A stretch of DNA of 64,000 nucleotides, taken from positions 640,001 to 704,000 of the forward strand of contig CBDCTJ010000007.1 in NCBI GenBank assembly GCA_965222115.1. Direction: 5' to 3'. The notes under the pieces were generated by a model. It searched no databases. It worked only from the letters and a program-made list of their open reading frames with translations, and was not told the DNA's origin. Positions within the stretch are counted from its first letter, which is position 1; every line of letters begins with the position of its first letter. The translations under genes were made by a program, and so were the position numbers. This document shows, one piece after another, positions 19,342-29,562 of this stretch. The DNA comes from Planctomycetota bacterium. Its GTDB lineage: Bacteria > Planctomycetota > PLA2 > JAEUHO01.

Positions 19342-20010
19342 CTATGCCTTCTGTCGGCTTACCATCTCGTTGATCCAGATCGGCGCGAAGGGCGAGGTGC
19401 AGCCCTTGGATACTGGATAGTCGCGATAGATGCCGAGCGCTTCGCCGATTGCGAGGGCGCGGTCGCGGTGTTCTGCATGGTGGATGCCGATGTTGGCCAG
19501 GCATGTGTTCATCGTCCATTGAGCCTGGGACGCGGCTTTCGGCATCTCGTTCTCGATGCGATCGAGCAGGGCGGTGAGATCAAGACCGTCTGGTTTCTTG
19601 GTGACACGCTCCGCAGTCAAGCTCCAACCCGCGCGCTTGGTCATGGCGTCCTTTGACTTCATCCACGCTTCGCGCACGGACTCATTGTCTGGATGCTTCT
19701 TGATCACATACGAGTTCAGCCAGTCCGCAACCCATTCGCACGTGCCTTCTTGTGTCATCGTGGTGAGCTGCTTCGTGTCGAGTTCCTTGGGGCGTAGGAG
19801 CAGAATGGCGAGCATCTGTGCGTCCACGTTGCCTGTATCCCAAAGTGAAAGACCGAGTTCGTGATTGGCCTTGATCTCTTTGGCCAGCTTGCGGATGTCG
19901 CCGGTCTTGACGCCGAACTGATTGTCGCCCGCCCCGCGCTTGGCATTGAAGGCGCGTCGCTTTTCGTCGCCCAACGCTTCGAGTCGGGCCATGACTTGCT
20001 TCGTGTTCAT
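19342..20010 (-). CDS. DNA alkylation repair (AlkD-like) protein
   Basis: FGVKTGDIRKLAKEIK.NHEL...LWDTGNVDA..LA...QWTMN...YPVSKGCTSPFAPIWI. Confidence 0.88.
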   Translation of the reverse strand: MNTKQVMARLEALGDEKRRAFNAKRGAGDNQFGVKTGDIRKLAKEIKANHELGLSLWDTGNVDAQMLAILLLRPKELDTKQLTTMTQEGTCEWVADWLNSYVIKKHPDNESVREAWMKSKDAMTKRAGWSLTAERVTKKPDGLDLTALLDRIENEMPKAASQAQWTMNTCLANIGIHHAEHRDRALAIGEALGIYRDYPVSKGCTSPFAPIWINEMVSRQKA

Positions 20011-20290
20011 GGAATGATGTTACTTGCACTCCCCAAGAAATACTGAGGCAACCGAGCCGAGGTGCATCGCGAAGGCAACGGAGCCAACTCGTGGGTCTCA
20101 ACGGAATCTCTGCCTCATTCGAGGGTGTACGAGGCGTGTATTAGAAAGCAGCGTTGCGCCGTGGCTCGGGTCGATTGCGGTCCCTTGCTATAGCGCGAGG
20201 CGTTGAGCGGCGTTGTGTGCGTCGAATCGTCGCCACGTTCACCTTGAAATAGTATGTCCCGCATCCGGTCTAGGGATATCAATGCCGGCA

Positions 20291-20851
20291 ATGAACGGCG
20301 CGCTCTACCCACAATTGCTTGGATCGGATTGGGGGAAGCTGAGTCCGTTGATGCGAGCGATGCACGTCACGCGTGGACCCATTTCCGCGCGAGGGACATT
20401 TGAGGTGCATAAGGCGGTAGGCTGGTGGGCTTCGTGCTTACGCCGGTTTTCACGCCTGCCGCCGCCCGGTCGTGATGTTCCAACAAGGCTCGTGATCACC
20501 CAAGAGGATGGTCAAGAGGTTTGGTGTCGTAGTTTTGGGACGACGCGTATGCTGACGAAGCAACGCCTGCATGCACCAGGCGTTATGGCGGAACGTGTGG
20601 GGTGCATGGAGTTTCGAATTCGCGTTGCGCGTGAGCATCAAGGGATACGGTACTGTCAAGTTGGCGCCGCATTGCGCTTGGGGCCGTTTAAGGTCCCGCT
20701 ACCTGCAATGCTGGCACCTCAAGTCGAGGGGACGGAGCAACCCGCAGCGAGCGTTGGAGGCGCACAGGTTCGTATTGCCATTCGCGCACCGATTGGCGGA
20801 CGACTCATTGCGTATGAGGGAGTCATCGCGATCGATAGGGCCACACAGTGA
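20291..20851 (+). CDS. DUF4166 domain protein
   Basis: LY..LLG..W..L.P..R.MH...E.W.RSFG...P.P..LAP...G.LIAYEG. Confidence 0.8.
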   Translation: MNGALYPQLLGSDWGKLSPLMRAMHVTRGPISARGTFEVHKAVGWWASCLRRFSRLPPPGRDVPTRLVITQEDGQEVWCRSFGTTRMLTKQRLHAPGVMAERVGCMEFRIRVAREHQGIRYCQVGAALRLGPFKVPLPAMLAPQVEGTEQPAASVGGAQVRIAIRAPIGGRLIAYEGVIAIDRATQ

Positions 20852-21408
20852 ATACAGCATTGTGGTTGCTTGTGATTCAGGGCGCTATAGGCGCATTTGA
20901 TACGGTGTACTATCACGAGGTTCGAGCACGCCTCCCGGCTCGCGGTCGCGCGGTGTCTTCCGAATTGCGCATTCATGCAGCGCGCGACGTGCTATACGCG
21001 GTGCTCTTTGGAACGCTTCCTTGGCTGGCGTGGCACGGCATGTGGGCGATCGTTTTGGCTGCGATCCTGATCGCTGAAATCGTGTTGACGCTCACTGATT
21101 TTGTCGTTGAACGTCGCGTTCGCAAGCCCATGGGTGATGTCTATGCGGGCGAGCGCGTGACGCATGCGATCATGGGAATCATCTGGGGTGCTGTACTTAC
21201 GCATCTAACGCCTGTGTTGCTTGCATGGAATGATCAACCAAGCGCGTTCGTGCCTGTAGCGCATGACGTTCCCCTATGGTTGCGTTGGGCGCTGTCGATC
21301 ATGGCCGTTGGTGTACTCGTGTCTGGCATACGGGACTGCTTGGCCGCCACAGGACGTCCCGGAACGAGTTGGCCATGGCCCCCAATTCACAACCAAGACG
21401 AGGCGTAG
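20848..21408 (+). CDS. Membrane protein, translationally coupled to the DUF4166 gene
   Basis: LLVIQGAIGAFDTVYYHE...EL.IHA.R...DFVVE...ERVTHAIM; several TM segments. Confidence 0.8.
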   Translation: MNTALWLLVIQGAIGAFDTVYYHEVRARLPARGRAVSSELRIHAARDVLYAVLFGTLPWLAWHGMWAIVLAAILIAEIVLTLTDFVVERRVRKPMGDVYAGERVTHAIMGIIWGAVLTHLTPVLLAWNDQPSAFVPVAHDVPLWLRWALSIMAVGVLVSGIRDCLAATGRPGTSWPWPPIHNQDEA

Positions 21409-21579
21409 CGTGAACTTCGGATACAGAAACAGATTTGAGACCGAATCCACACTCTTTCGTTTCATTGATCGCTTTGTAAACCTCGCGGCAAGCTCCGTTC
21501 AAAGGTGACCAAGGATGAAGCGCGAGCGTTGCGCGGCGGGTGGCGCTCGGTCTCCGAGAATGGCCAAGCAACAAGCGGC

Positions 21580-22122
21580 CTACACCTGGTTGTAATACAT
21601 GAGATTCGAGCCGCTCCAAGACCGCGATCTCGGTCTAAATGATGCGGACAATTCGAACGGAATCGAGGCGCCGCCGATTTCTTCCAAGCGTCCAGTGATG
21701 GTGAGTCGATGGCCAACGTGTCTAGGCACGACGTTCGGTACATTGGCGCGCGCCGACAGTCCGCCTGCCCACTTTTTGAAAGGGGTTGACCAGCTGAGTT
21801 CTTGTCGAGTCGTGCTGCCATCGGCGTACACCACGACCACGGTGTCTACGGTTATGGTTCGGTAGCGGGACTGTTTGTCCCAGACCTGTAGGCGAATCGA
21901 GTAGGGCTCAGCCAGCGTTGTGAAGTGAACAAGCAGGGGTAAACCAATGTAGGACTTTGTCGGCGCGAGCCAAATGTCTGACTTGAGCCCCTCTACGAGG
22001 ACGATGTCGCGCTGTGCTCCGAATCCCCGAATGTTGACAACCCGCCAGCCGCCGCAGGTCACTAACGCGAAAAGCGCCCACATGCCAAGTGCCAAAGTGA
22101 GCCGGGTCTTCTTGGGGGACAT
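21580..22122 (-). CDS. Hypothetical exported protein
   Basis: 180-aa ORF with an N-terminal hydrophobic segment. Confidence 0.6.
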   Translation of the reverse strand: MSPKKTRLTLALGMWALFALVTCGGWRVVNIRGFGAQRDIVLVEGLKSDIWLAPTKSYIGLPLLVHFTTLAEPYSIRLQVWDKQSRYRTITVDTVVVVYADGSTTRQELSWSTPFKKWAGGLSARANVPNVVPRHVGHRLTITGRLEEIGGASIPFELSASFRPRSRSWSGSNLMYYNQV

Positions 22123-22541
22123 CGCGGAGGGCTCGCCTAGATGACTAACGCAGGGCCCCGCCCTGCGTATTCTAGATCGTAGCTGCCGCCAATTGGTTTG
22201 TCCGTTCTAGATGGCGTTTAGCTAGTTAATACCTCCTGGGAACCCTCGCGCCACCTGCGACTGCAGGACTCGTCTGTGAGCGACGAGCTGGATGCACGCT
22301 TCGAACTGCGATAGCGGGAACACCAAGAGAAAGGAGCAATGACCAAGTCCCTTCCAGTTTCGTTTCGCCATGCGAGTGCAGCCGGGTCGCTATCTCGCGA
22401 CAATGAGTTAAGAGCCGAAGGATGAGCCGGCCAAGTATGTAACGGCATGTCAGTTTGCGCATATCGGCGCGCGCTGCTGAATATCGCTTTTGTGATGAGG
22501 AAGTCTGCCGCTCGGTATCTTTTAGGGAAGGAGATACGTCA

Positions 22542-23063
22542 ATGTACAAAGTCGGACGCCGTGATCGAGTAGCGAAGCTCTCGGACTTGCCACCACCCAA
22601 CGTGGGTGCGCCGATCCCCGCCGTGGTGGCGACTGAGCACAAGCTGGATGTGATCTACTTCGTTCAAGAGTCCGTCTTCAAGAAGGGTGGATACTCTCAT
22701 GATGAGGTTCGTGTCATGAATCCCAAGAGTGAGGGCTCACTGGTCGCCCGCGTTTCGCTTCATTGGCCCATGGCCCACATGTTTGGCTTGCCATGTGAAA
22801 ATACCATCGAGGCGCATCCGCTAGCATCGCGTGGTCTTCATCCCTGCGCCACTTGGGAAGTTACAAACTCGTCCTGGATTCGCGACCTTGCGCGCGTGCT
22901 CGCTGCCTACGAGCACGCGGACCCTTCAGGGCTTGATTCCTACCGTCACCTCATCTTTGCGTTTCATGACTCAACTTTTGAGTGCGTCGCACGTAGCTAC
23001 GACATAAAGCTCACTCGAGATTCCATCGTTTCCGCGGCCCACGAGTCGATTTCGTCTTGGTGA
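22542..23063 (+). CDS. Conserved hypothetical protein
   Basis: AAGGAG RBS; GAP.P......HPL..RGL......V.NSSWI...H.IF.FHDSTFEC.A pattern. Confidence 0.75.
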   Translation: MYKVGRRDRVAKLSDLPPPNVGAPIPAVVATEHKLDVIYFVQESVFKKGGYSHDEVRVMNPKSEGSLVARVSLHWPMAHMFGLPCENTIEAHPLASRGLHPCATWEVTNSSWIRDLARVLAAYEHADPSGLDSYRHLIFAFHDSTFECVARSYDIKLTRDSIVSAAHESISSW

Positions 23064-23215
23064 ATCACGTCGAGACACCGGCTACTTTGGCGCGGTTTTC
23101 CCGCCAACTCGACGAACTACGAAAACCACTCAATGGTGAACTGATAGCTAGATCGATCTTTGGAGTACGATTGTCTACTTCAGCCTCACGCATTGCGTTC
23201 ACGTCCACTACGAGA

Positions 23216-23245
23216 TGTGTGGAGTTTGTCCCTACACCGTATCCC
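23216..23245 (+). repeat. Dispersed repeat copy 5 (diverged)
   Basis: TGTGTGGAGTTTGTCCCTACACCGTATCCC, ending just before the stop of the convergent gene at 23253. Confidence 0.85.
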
Positions 23246-23252
23246 ATGACGT

Positions 23253-23735
23253 CTAGGTACGCCTGCTCACTCGTTCACTGTAGCGGCGGTTCTCCTCATC
23301 GACCCACGCCATGAACTCGCGGATGTGCTCGCGATCAGGTTCGAAGAGCCGTGCGCCGTGGGACCCGAGGAAGGCAAGCGCTTCGAGGACTTGGTAGGGG
23401 GAGCCGATGAAGCTGTAAGGACCGCCGCGTACACGAGTGAGTCGTGCGCCGTCCCAGTCCCATGTGGAAGGGAAGCTCACCCACGCATCGTTGAAATTGA
23501 TGTAGCGCCAGAATTCGAAGTACGTCTCCTTGCCGAGCACCGTTGGGTCGGCATAGGAGACTGAGACATGGAGGTAGGGATCTTTGGGCCAGCCAGGGAA
23601 GAAGCGAAAGCGGATGACGTCGTTCTTCAGGACGACATCGCCGTCGGAGAGCACCTCCATGACGAGATCGTGTTGTCGGCGCAATGGGGCGCTGAGGTTC
23701 TCTACGTGGTCTTGAAACGTCAGTTCGTTCGTCAT
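23253..23735 (-). CDS. Hypothetical protein
   Basis: 160-aa aromatic-rich ORF. Confidence 0.6.
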   Translation of the reverse strand: MTNELTFQDHVENLSAPLRRQHDLVMEVLSDGDVVLKNDVIRFRFFPGWPKDPYLHVSVSYADPTVLGKETYFEFWRYINFNDAWVSFPSTWDWDGARLTRVRGGPYSFIGSPYQVLEALAFLGSHGARLFEPDREHIREFMAWVDEENRRYSERVSRRT

Positions 23736-24012
23736 GATGTTCGTCGTGTCCCGAGCACATGATTCGCCCGATCGAATACGGAGGGATCGATCGTATCCGA
23801 CTCGCGCGGGATACGACGCCGGGTTTCTTCCCGCCGGCTTGAAGACGGTCGTCCTTGAACCACCACCCCAACGTCAGGCGTCAGCGTGCGCCGCCGCCGT
23901 CCGCTTTTGGGAACTGTGGATTTCCACCCGATAAGAGCTGCGGTTTGGCAGTGTTCCCATTATTTACCCACTGCCTCTTGAAACCTTCGGCCTAAAAGCG
24001 AATACTCAGTGC

Positions 24013-24435
24013 ATGTCCACGAAGGATGTTCGAGCGCTTACAGCCATCCCTATTCTCCCGATGGAGGACGAAGAAGCGACGTTGACGTTCTATGTGTCTT
24101 TCCTCGGCTTCGCGATGGATTGGAAGCATCGATTTCGGGTGGACTCGCCGCTCTATGCTCAAGTGCGTCTTGGTGGTGCGGTGCTTCACCTTGACGGACA
24201 CGCGCCCAACGAGGCAGCGCCCGTCGAGGCGCGAATCTGAGTTTCCAGCCTCGTGGATCTGGCGGATACCATTCGACCCCGCGCACCACGCGGTGTTGTC
24301 GTGCAACCCGTCGATCCGCGGGGCGAAGGTCGTGCGGCTGACCTAAACCTCGACGATCCGTTCGGCAACCGAGTAATCTTCTGGGAATCCTCAGCCGATC
24401 ATCCATACGCGGCGGATTCAAGCTCGCGCAGTTAG
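24013..24435 (+). pseudogene. VOC/glyoxalase family gene with an in-frame TGA
   Basis: AIPILP..D....FYV..LGF..DW...LHL; TGA at 24238-24240; the same frame then continues to DPFGNRVIFWE. Confidence 0.8.
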
Positions 24436-24442
24436 GAGTCCC

Positions 24443-24976
24443 TTGATCGTACTCTACATCATCCTCGGCGTACTTGCCGCACTCGTTGTTGCGGGTCTAG
24501 TCATGCCCAGTCGGTATACCCTTAAGTACAAGACAACGATTGCGGCATCCCCTGCCGCGGTGCACACGTTCGCGGGTCACTTGGACAAGTGGCCGACGTG
24601 GATGCCGTGGGAGCAGGAGGACCCGAGCGTCATCACCAAGCTCAGCGACAAGACCACCGGTGTGGGTGCGAAACAGGCATGGACGTCGTCCAAATCGGGC
24701 GATGGCGAAGTGGAGTTTACCGAGTGCGATGAAAACACCGGCATCGCCTACGACATGACCTTCATCATGAAAGACAAGCGCGCGCCGGCGAAGGCGTCGA
24801 TCCGCTACGCGCCTGTTTCGGACGGTACGGAGGTTACGTGGTCGATGAATGGCGACTTGGCCAGCATGATGCCGCCCGTCCTTCGTGGCCTGATGAAGCC
24901 AATCATGTGCCGCATGATCGGCAAGAACTTTGTCCGGGGTCTTGCGAGTCTGAAAGAGAAGGTCGAAGCGGCTTGA
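24443..24976 (+). CDS. SRPBCC family protein
   Basis: N-terminal TM; I.A.P..V......L..W..W.PW...DP...GVGA...W...GTEVTWSM...IGKNF..GL..LK. Confidence 0.88.
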   Translation: MIVLYIILGVLAALVVAGLVMPSRYTLKYKTTIAASPAAVHTFAGHLDKWPTWMPWEQEDPSVITKLSDKTTGVGAKQAWTSSKSGDGEVEFTECDENTGIAYDMTFIMKDKRAPAKASIRYAPVSDGTEVTWSMNGDLASMMPPVLRGLMKPIMCRMIGKNFVRGLASLKEKVEAA

Positions 24977-25344
24977 GTCGGCCTATGCGAAGGGCTTGCC
25001 AAAACATTGATCAATGGGAACGGAGCTAGCCGGATGTTGCACGAAGCGCGCGTCCGGGGCAACGCAAGGAGTTGTGGTTTGGCGACTTGTGATCGAACTC
25101 CATGGGAACGAAGAGTGACAAGGTGTTCTCGGTGAGGATTCGGGTTCAAGGTCGAAGCGGTGGTTCCGAGGCGATGCCAAAAGCATCGCTGAGCGGTTCT
25201 CCGCAATGAGATTGGGGACGAAGACCAGCGAGAACCGCGCGATTCACCTTAGTTCGTGCAACATCCGGGCTAAAAACCGAACTGCTGTTTGATGCCCGCG
25301 CGAAACGTCTTGTCGTCAAACTCCTTGCAGCTTAGCTGTTGCGA

Positions 25345-25434
25345 GTGAGTATTCAGTGCATGTCTACGCGCGAGATACGAGCATTCACAGCCATTCCTGT
25401 TCTGCCCATGGATGACGAGGAGGCGACCCTGGCG
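25345..25434 (+). pseudogene. 5' remnant paralog of the VOC gene at 24013
   Basis: MSTREIRAFTAIPVLPMDDEEATL versus MSTKDVRALTAIPILPMEDEEATL; the upstream TCAGTGCATG context is shared. Confidence 0.8.
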
Positions 25435-25439
25435 TGGGG

Positions 25440-25871
25440 TCAGAATAGTTCTTCACCGGGCAATTCCGCCGCTTGCCGAATCCAGCTTGTTAGTTCGTCA
25501 TCGTCAATTGGGTCAGCTTCGTGGATATGGAAGTAGCGCACATGTTCCTGCTTGGACGACACAGGGGGGACCGGGCGGAGCGAGGCGCCCCTTAGGAACG
25601 TCACCTTTACGTATTTCGTGAAGCAGTGAAATCCGAGGAACCAACCTTGCCCCTCAACGCCATAGAAAGGCGTGTTCCAACGCACTGCCTTTTGCACCTT
25701 CGGCACGGTACGCACAATCAGCGCGTCGATATGTCGCCCGACATCGCGTTTCCAGCCCGGCATCGCCGCAATGTAGGCTTGCACGGGAGCGTCGCCATCC
25801 GCCTTCGGAATCTGTGGATTGCCGCTCGACAAGAGCCGCGGCTTGGCAGCTTTCTTTTTCGACTTGGCCAT
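25440..25871 (-). CDS. DUF1801 domain protein
   Basis: LLSSGNPQIPKADGDAPVQAYIAAMPGWK...KAVRWNTPFYG...FHCFTKYVK. Confidence 0.88.
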   Translation of the reverse strand: MAKSKKKAAKPRLLSSGNPQIPKADGDAPVQAYIAAMPGWKRDVGRHIDALIVRTVPKVQKAVRWNTPFYGVEGQGWFLGFHCFTKYVKVTFLRGASLRPVPPVSSKQEHVRYFHIHEADPIDDDELTSWIRQAAELPGEELF

Positions 25872-25935
25872 GGTTGGTGATCTCCGGCTGCAGTCTTCGC
25901 GACGCGCAGCGATAGGAATTCGCTGAACGTGATAT

Positions 25936-26736
25936 CTAAATGTCCGAGCCGTGTCTCTCGTCGCAGGGCATCTTTGCGTGCATCAGGATGCGAGGGAATG
26001 TGAGGCGGTACGGGCGCTCCCGTGGCAGCGTATCGAGCAGGGCTTCTCGGTACTCTCGATTGAACGCCTCGAAGGTGGGCTCGTCCATGCGAGATCGATA
26101 CGCCTTGAGCAGCGTGCCCTCGACCCACTCGACGAGTGCTTCCGGGCCTGGAAGGTGATGCAGGTATATCTGCACGCGTACCGCGTGGTGCTCGAAGCCG
26201 AGCCGGTCGAGCAAAATTGAGTAGGCCTCAGCCGTGAGTACGGACGGCCTTCGTGCCGGGCAATCGAATTGCTGTTGCGCGATATTCGCAGCGAGGGTAT
26301 GCGAGATGTGATGTTGGTTGGCCGGAACCTGGACCGCCATTTGCCCGCCCGGTTTCAGCCACTTAGATATGCCCGCAATGAGAATCTCATGTTGGGGAAG
26401 CCACTGCAACGCGGCATTGGAGAACACGAGATCCAGCGGCTGAGCGGGCGTGAACGCCGAGATATCTATCTCTTGGAAGGTCAGTCCACCCACTGACTGT
26501 GATTGCGCCAGCATGGTGGGCGAGTTATCGATACCAATCGTCGACGACGCATTTGTGAATTCGTGCAATCGCCGTGTGAGATCGCCCGTTCCGCAGCCCA
26601 GGTCTACGGCGTAGCCACCAGGAATGGGCTCGACGCCGCTCAGTAGGTCGTGGAACGCTTCTGCTCGCTCCCTGTTGAAGCGATGGTATTGTTCCGGATC
26701 CCAATGTGATCTTGCATCAGTGTCCGTATGGGCCAC
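25936..26736 (-). CDS. tam: Trans-aconitate 2-methyltransferase-like SAM methyltransferase
   Basis: WDPEQY..F..ER...F.DLL; VDLGCGTG; DLVFSNAALQWLP.H; GG..AVQVP.N; W..GT.L. Confidence 0.85.
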   Translation of the reverse strand: MAHTDTDARSHWDPEQYHRFNRERAEAFHDLLSGVEPIPGGYAVDLGCGTGDLTRRLHEFTNASSTIGIDNSPTMLAQSQSVGGLTFQEIDISAFTPAQPLDLVFSNAALQWLPQHEILIAGISKWLKPGGQMAVQVPANQHHISHTLAANIAQQQFDCPARRPSVLTAEAYSILLDRLGFEHHAVRVQIYLHHLPGPEALVEWVEGTLLKAYRSRMDEPTFEAFNREYREALLDTLPRERPYRLTFPRILMHAKMPCDERHGSDI

Positions 26737-26860
26737 GGCTTGCTCCTTCTGACCTAAGTCTACCCGGATCGATGCAACTCGCGTTGGAACCGCTCGACGA
26801 TTGCTCGGGCACAGGTTCTTCGATGTTTCGCGTGACTACTTGTCGTAATCTTCTGTGCAC

Positions 26861-27838
26861 ATGCCCGCTACGCCCCTCCAGTTCGCCGTGGTTCGCGAGG
26901 ATCCGCGCGTTGAGTCGTGGATCGTGAAGCAATTCGAGCCGCGCCGCGTCTTGTTGATAGCGTCGGGCGGTTGTACGGCGCTGTCGTTACTTCACTGGCA
27001 TCCCGAGCTTGAGCTCACGCTTGTTGATTCGAATCGTGCGCAACTCGATCATGTCCGTACCAAGATCGAGACGCTGCAAGCAGACGATCGCGAGGCCATC
27101 CTGCGCCGCTTCAACTTGTCCGCGACCCATGCCAAAGGGCTGTCACAGTGCGGCATGTTTGAGCGCCTTTTTGATGCGTTTCGCTCGTTCCTGCATGCAT
27201 TTGTCGCAGAGCGCCGAATCATTGAGTCATGGTTTGACGCGGTAGATGGTCCCACTCGGGCAAGGTCGGCATTTGAATCAACGTACTGGCCCATCGCCTT
27301 CGATCTTCACTTCTCCGATGTACTGCTTGAGGCCCTCTTTGGACCTGCCGCAACACAACACGCCGAACCGGGAAGTTATCCGCGCTATTTTCAGGCGCGT
27401 CTCGAAGATGGGCTCACGCAACATGACGCTCAAGAGAACTACTTCCTTCATCACATGTTTCTGGGGCACTATCTCAGCAATCATCCTCCTGCGTTTCTGC
27501 GGCAAACGTCAACGGATCTGCAAGCGACTCACGCCATACGATTTATTCATGCTGCGCTTAGCGATGTGCACGACCTGTCGCGCTACGACTTGATCCATCT
27601 CTCCAACGTGTTCGACTGGATGGGCGACGATGAGGCGCAGTCATTGGTGTCTCATCTCTGTGCGCGTGTCCGACCGGGCGCCTGTATTCTCTGGCGGCAG
27701 CTTAATAACCGAGTCGATCGATGTGCCATGGTGTCTCCCGCATTTCTGTGTGACCCTTACGTGGATGCGAAACTACTTGCCATCGAGCGTAGCTTCTTCT
27801 ACGAGAAGGTTCACGTGGGCGTGCGGACGGAGGGTTAG
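26861..27838 (+). CDS. DUF3419/BtaA-like SAM-dependent protein
   Basis: FAVVREDP.VE, VLLIASGGCTALSL, VDSN.AQL, N.F.H, D.IHLSNVFDWM, PG..ILWR. Confidence 0.8.
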   Translation: MPATPLQFAVVREDPRVESWIVKQFEPRRVLLIASGGCTALSLLHWHPELELTLVDSNRAQLDHVRTKIETLQADDREAILRRFNLSATHAKGLSQCGMFERLFDAFRSFLHAFVAERRIIESWFDAVDGPTRARSAFESTYWPIAFDLHFSDVLLEALFGPAATQHAEPGSYPRYFQARLEDGLTQHDAQENYFLHHMFLGHYLSNHPPAFLRQTSTDLQATHAIRFIHAALSDVHDLSRYDLIHLSNVFDWMGDDEAQSLVSHLCARVRPGACILWRQLNNRVDRCAMVSPAFLCDPYVDAKLLAIERSFFYEKVHVGVRTEG

Positions 27839-27841
27839 GTA

Positions 27842-28561
27842 ATGAAGGCCGTTCAGGAAGTGTTGTCTGAGTTCTCCTTGGCCAAGAGCCCGTATTTTAT
27901 CGGGCTCAAAGAGGGCACCTTCAATCGCGCCGACTTCATTGAGACTCAAGTTCAGTTCTATTTTGCTGTCGTGTTTTTCAGTCGTCCCATGGCCGTGCTT
28001 GCTGCGCGCATTCCAAGTCCCGAGCTACGTGTCGAGGTATTGCGAAATGTGTGGGAAGAACATGGTGAAGGCGATTCCCATGCGTTTCATGCGGAGACGT
28101 TTCGCACGTTGCTTGAGCGTTTGGAGAACATTGGCCCGGACGACATCGCCTCACGCGTGCTCTGGCCGGAGGTGCGCGCATTCAATACGGCGTTGAGCGG
28201 ATGCTCCTTGCTCGACGACTGGGAGGTCGCTGCGGCGTGCTTTGCCATGATTGAGCGCATGTTTGTAAATGCGTCTGCCTGGATTGCCGAGGCGATTGTT
28301 GCGCATGGATGGTTGAAACAGAGTGAGATGATTCACTATGAACTTCACGAAACGCTTGACGTGAAGCACGCCGAGGACTTCTTGCAGGTGATTCATGCAG
28401 GGACCGATTCGTCGCCGCGAACTGAATATTTGATTCGGCAGGGGCTGCGATTGGGTGCATGCTTGTTTCGTGGGCTTTACGACGGGCTTCACGCCGGACG
28501 CGCGCGGCGGGAGCGCAAAGTCGGACTCGATACCGTTCAGCCCCACATTTATCGCGCGTAG
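27842..28561 (+). CDS. Heme-oxygenase-like diiron enzyme (TenA/PqqC/CADD-like)
   Basis: NVWEEHG...H, AMIE and YELHETLDVKH (HxxxDxxH) give a CADD-like ligand set. Confidence 0.85.
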   Translation: MKAVQEVLSEFSLAKSPYFIGLKEGTFNRADFIETQVQFYFAVVFFSRPMAVLAARIPSPELRVEVLRNVWEEHGEGDSHAFHAETFRTLLERLENIGPDDIASRVLWPEVRAFNTALSGCSLLDDWEVAAACFAMIERMFVNASAWIAEAIVAHGWLKQSEMIHYELHETLDVKHAEDFLQVIHAGTDSSPRTEYLIRQGLRLGACLFRGLYDGLHAGRARRERKVGLDTVQPHIYRA

Positions 28562-28580
28562 GCGTCTGGAATTCACGAGC

Positions 28581-29366
28581 ATGAATGACAGAGCGCTTCG
28601 AATCGGGCAGGCCGACGTCCATCGTGACCGAGAGGCCCTTCGTCGGCTTGAGCGGCGCATAGTATATCCCTACGGTACAGATCAGTTTTGGATCAATCAT
28701 GGGGATGACCCCTTCGCATTCTTTCGTGAGCTTGGCGAACACGTCCAGTTTGTGGCACACGTGGGTGAACATCTTGTCGGATCGGTTGCGGTTGTCATGC
28801 GAGACACGCCGCAGGGACGTTCGTGGTATGTGGCAGACCTCAAGACCGATCCCACCTTCCGCGATGTACGCATACCGATTCGACTTCTAAACGCGGCCAA
28901 CGAGGTCATGAATGACGGAGCGCTGTATGCGATTTCGATGAATCCCCCGCGCGGCGCACCCAACGCATTGGTGCGCGCCCTGCTTCGTCGTGCCGCGGGC
29001 CTACAGCTCGCGACGACATTGGGCCTGTGGACAATCCGGCATGACTCGTTTACTAAGCATCGAGACGCCCTGGAGTCGATGTACGGCCCGATTCGATGTC
29101 GATCTCTTCGCGGTATCAAAGACATCGTGTTGGAGAGCACGGGAGAGCCCATGCCCTTGATTCATCTCGAGCATGGGGTACTTGCCCACGCGGGCCAGCC
29201 GGAGCCTGCGTCCGCAGCCAGCGAATATATGTTTTGCGCCCCAATCGAGAGCGCACGATTCGTGTATGCGTGCACGACGTGGGGTGAGCCCCATGCCACC
29301 GCATCCGTCATTGAGCGATCGTTCGATGTAGGTGACGCGCGGTGGATCTTGACGAGCCAGATCTGA
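28581..29366 (+). CDS. GNAT-fold acyltransferase-like protein
   Basis: FVAH....LVGSVAVVMR......WYVADLKTDPTFR; third gene of a tight operon. Confidence 0.7.
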   Translation: MNDRALRIGQADVHRDREALRRLERRIVYPYGTDQFWINHGDDPFAFFRELGEHVQFVAHVGEHLVGSVAVVMRDTPQGRSWYVADLKTDPTFRDVRIPIRLLNAANEVMNDGALYAISMNPPRGAPNALVRALLRRAAGLQLATTLGLWTIRHDSFTKHRDALESMYGPIRCRSLRGIKDIVLESTGEPMPLIHLEHGVLAHAGQPEPASAASEYMFCAPIESARFVYACTTWGEPHATASVIERSFDVGDARWILTSQI

Positions 29367-29562
29367 GTAGTCACCCGTAGGGAGAGGAATCGCGCCTATG
29401 ACTTGCAGAAGAACGTAACCCAATGTCGCTGTTGGTACGGCGAGCGCGAAAATTCCTCATTTGATTTGGCGACCATTCACATTGTCCAACATTGCATCAC
29501 TGCCGAGCGCATACACCCAAAGACGACGCTTGTATTCATAGCGACCGCGTGTCTCTGCGAAT

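Noticed and set aside
20899-20910. GATACGGTGTAC, reverse complement of part of the repeat
   Set aside because: Only 12 bp and inside a coding motif (FDTVYYHE); chance match.
22148-22168. Hairpin ACGCAGGGC-CCC-GCCCTGCGT
   Set aside because: Single occurrence, no U-tract and no attC-like partner; function cannot be supported.
23915-23930. TGTGGATTTCCACCCG as a seventh repeat copy
   Set aside because: Too degenerate and lacks the conserved CACCGTAT end.
24238-24240. Selenocysteine readthrough in the VOC gene
   Set aside because: No clear SECIS hairpin and no reason to expect Cys at this position; a nonsense mutation is simpler.
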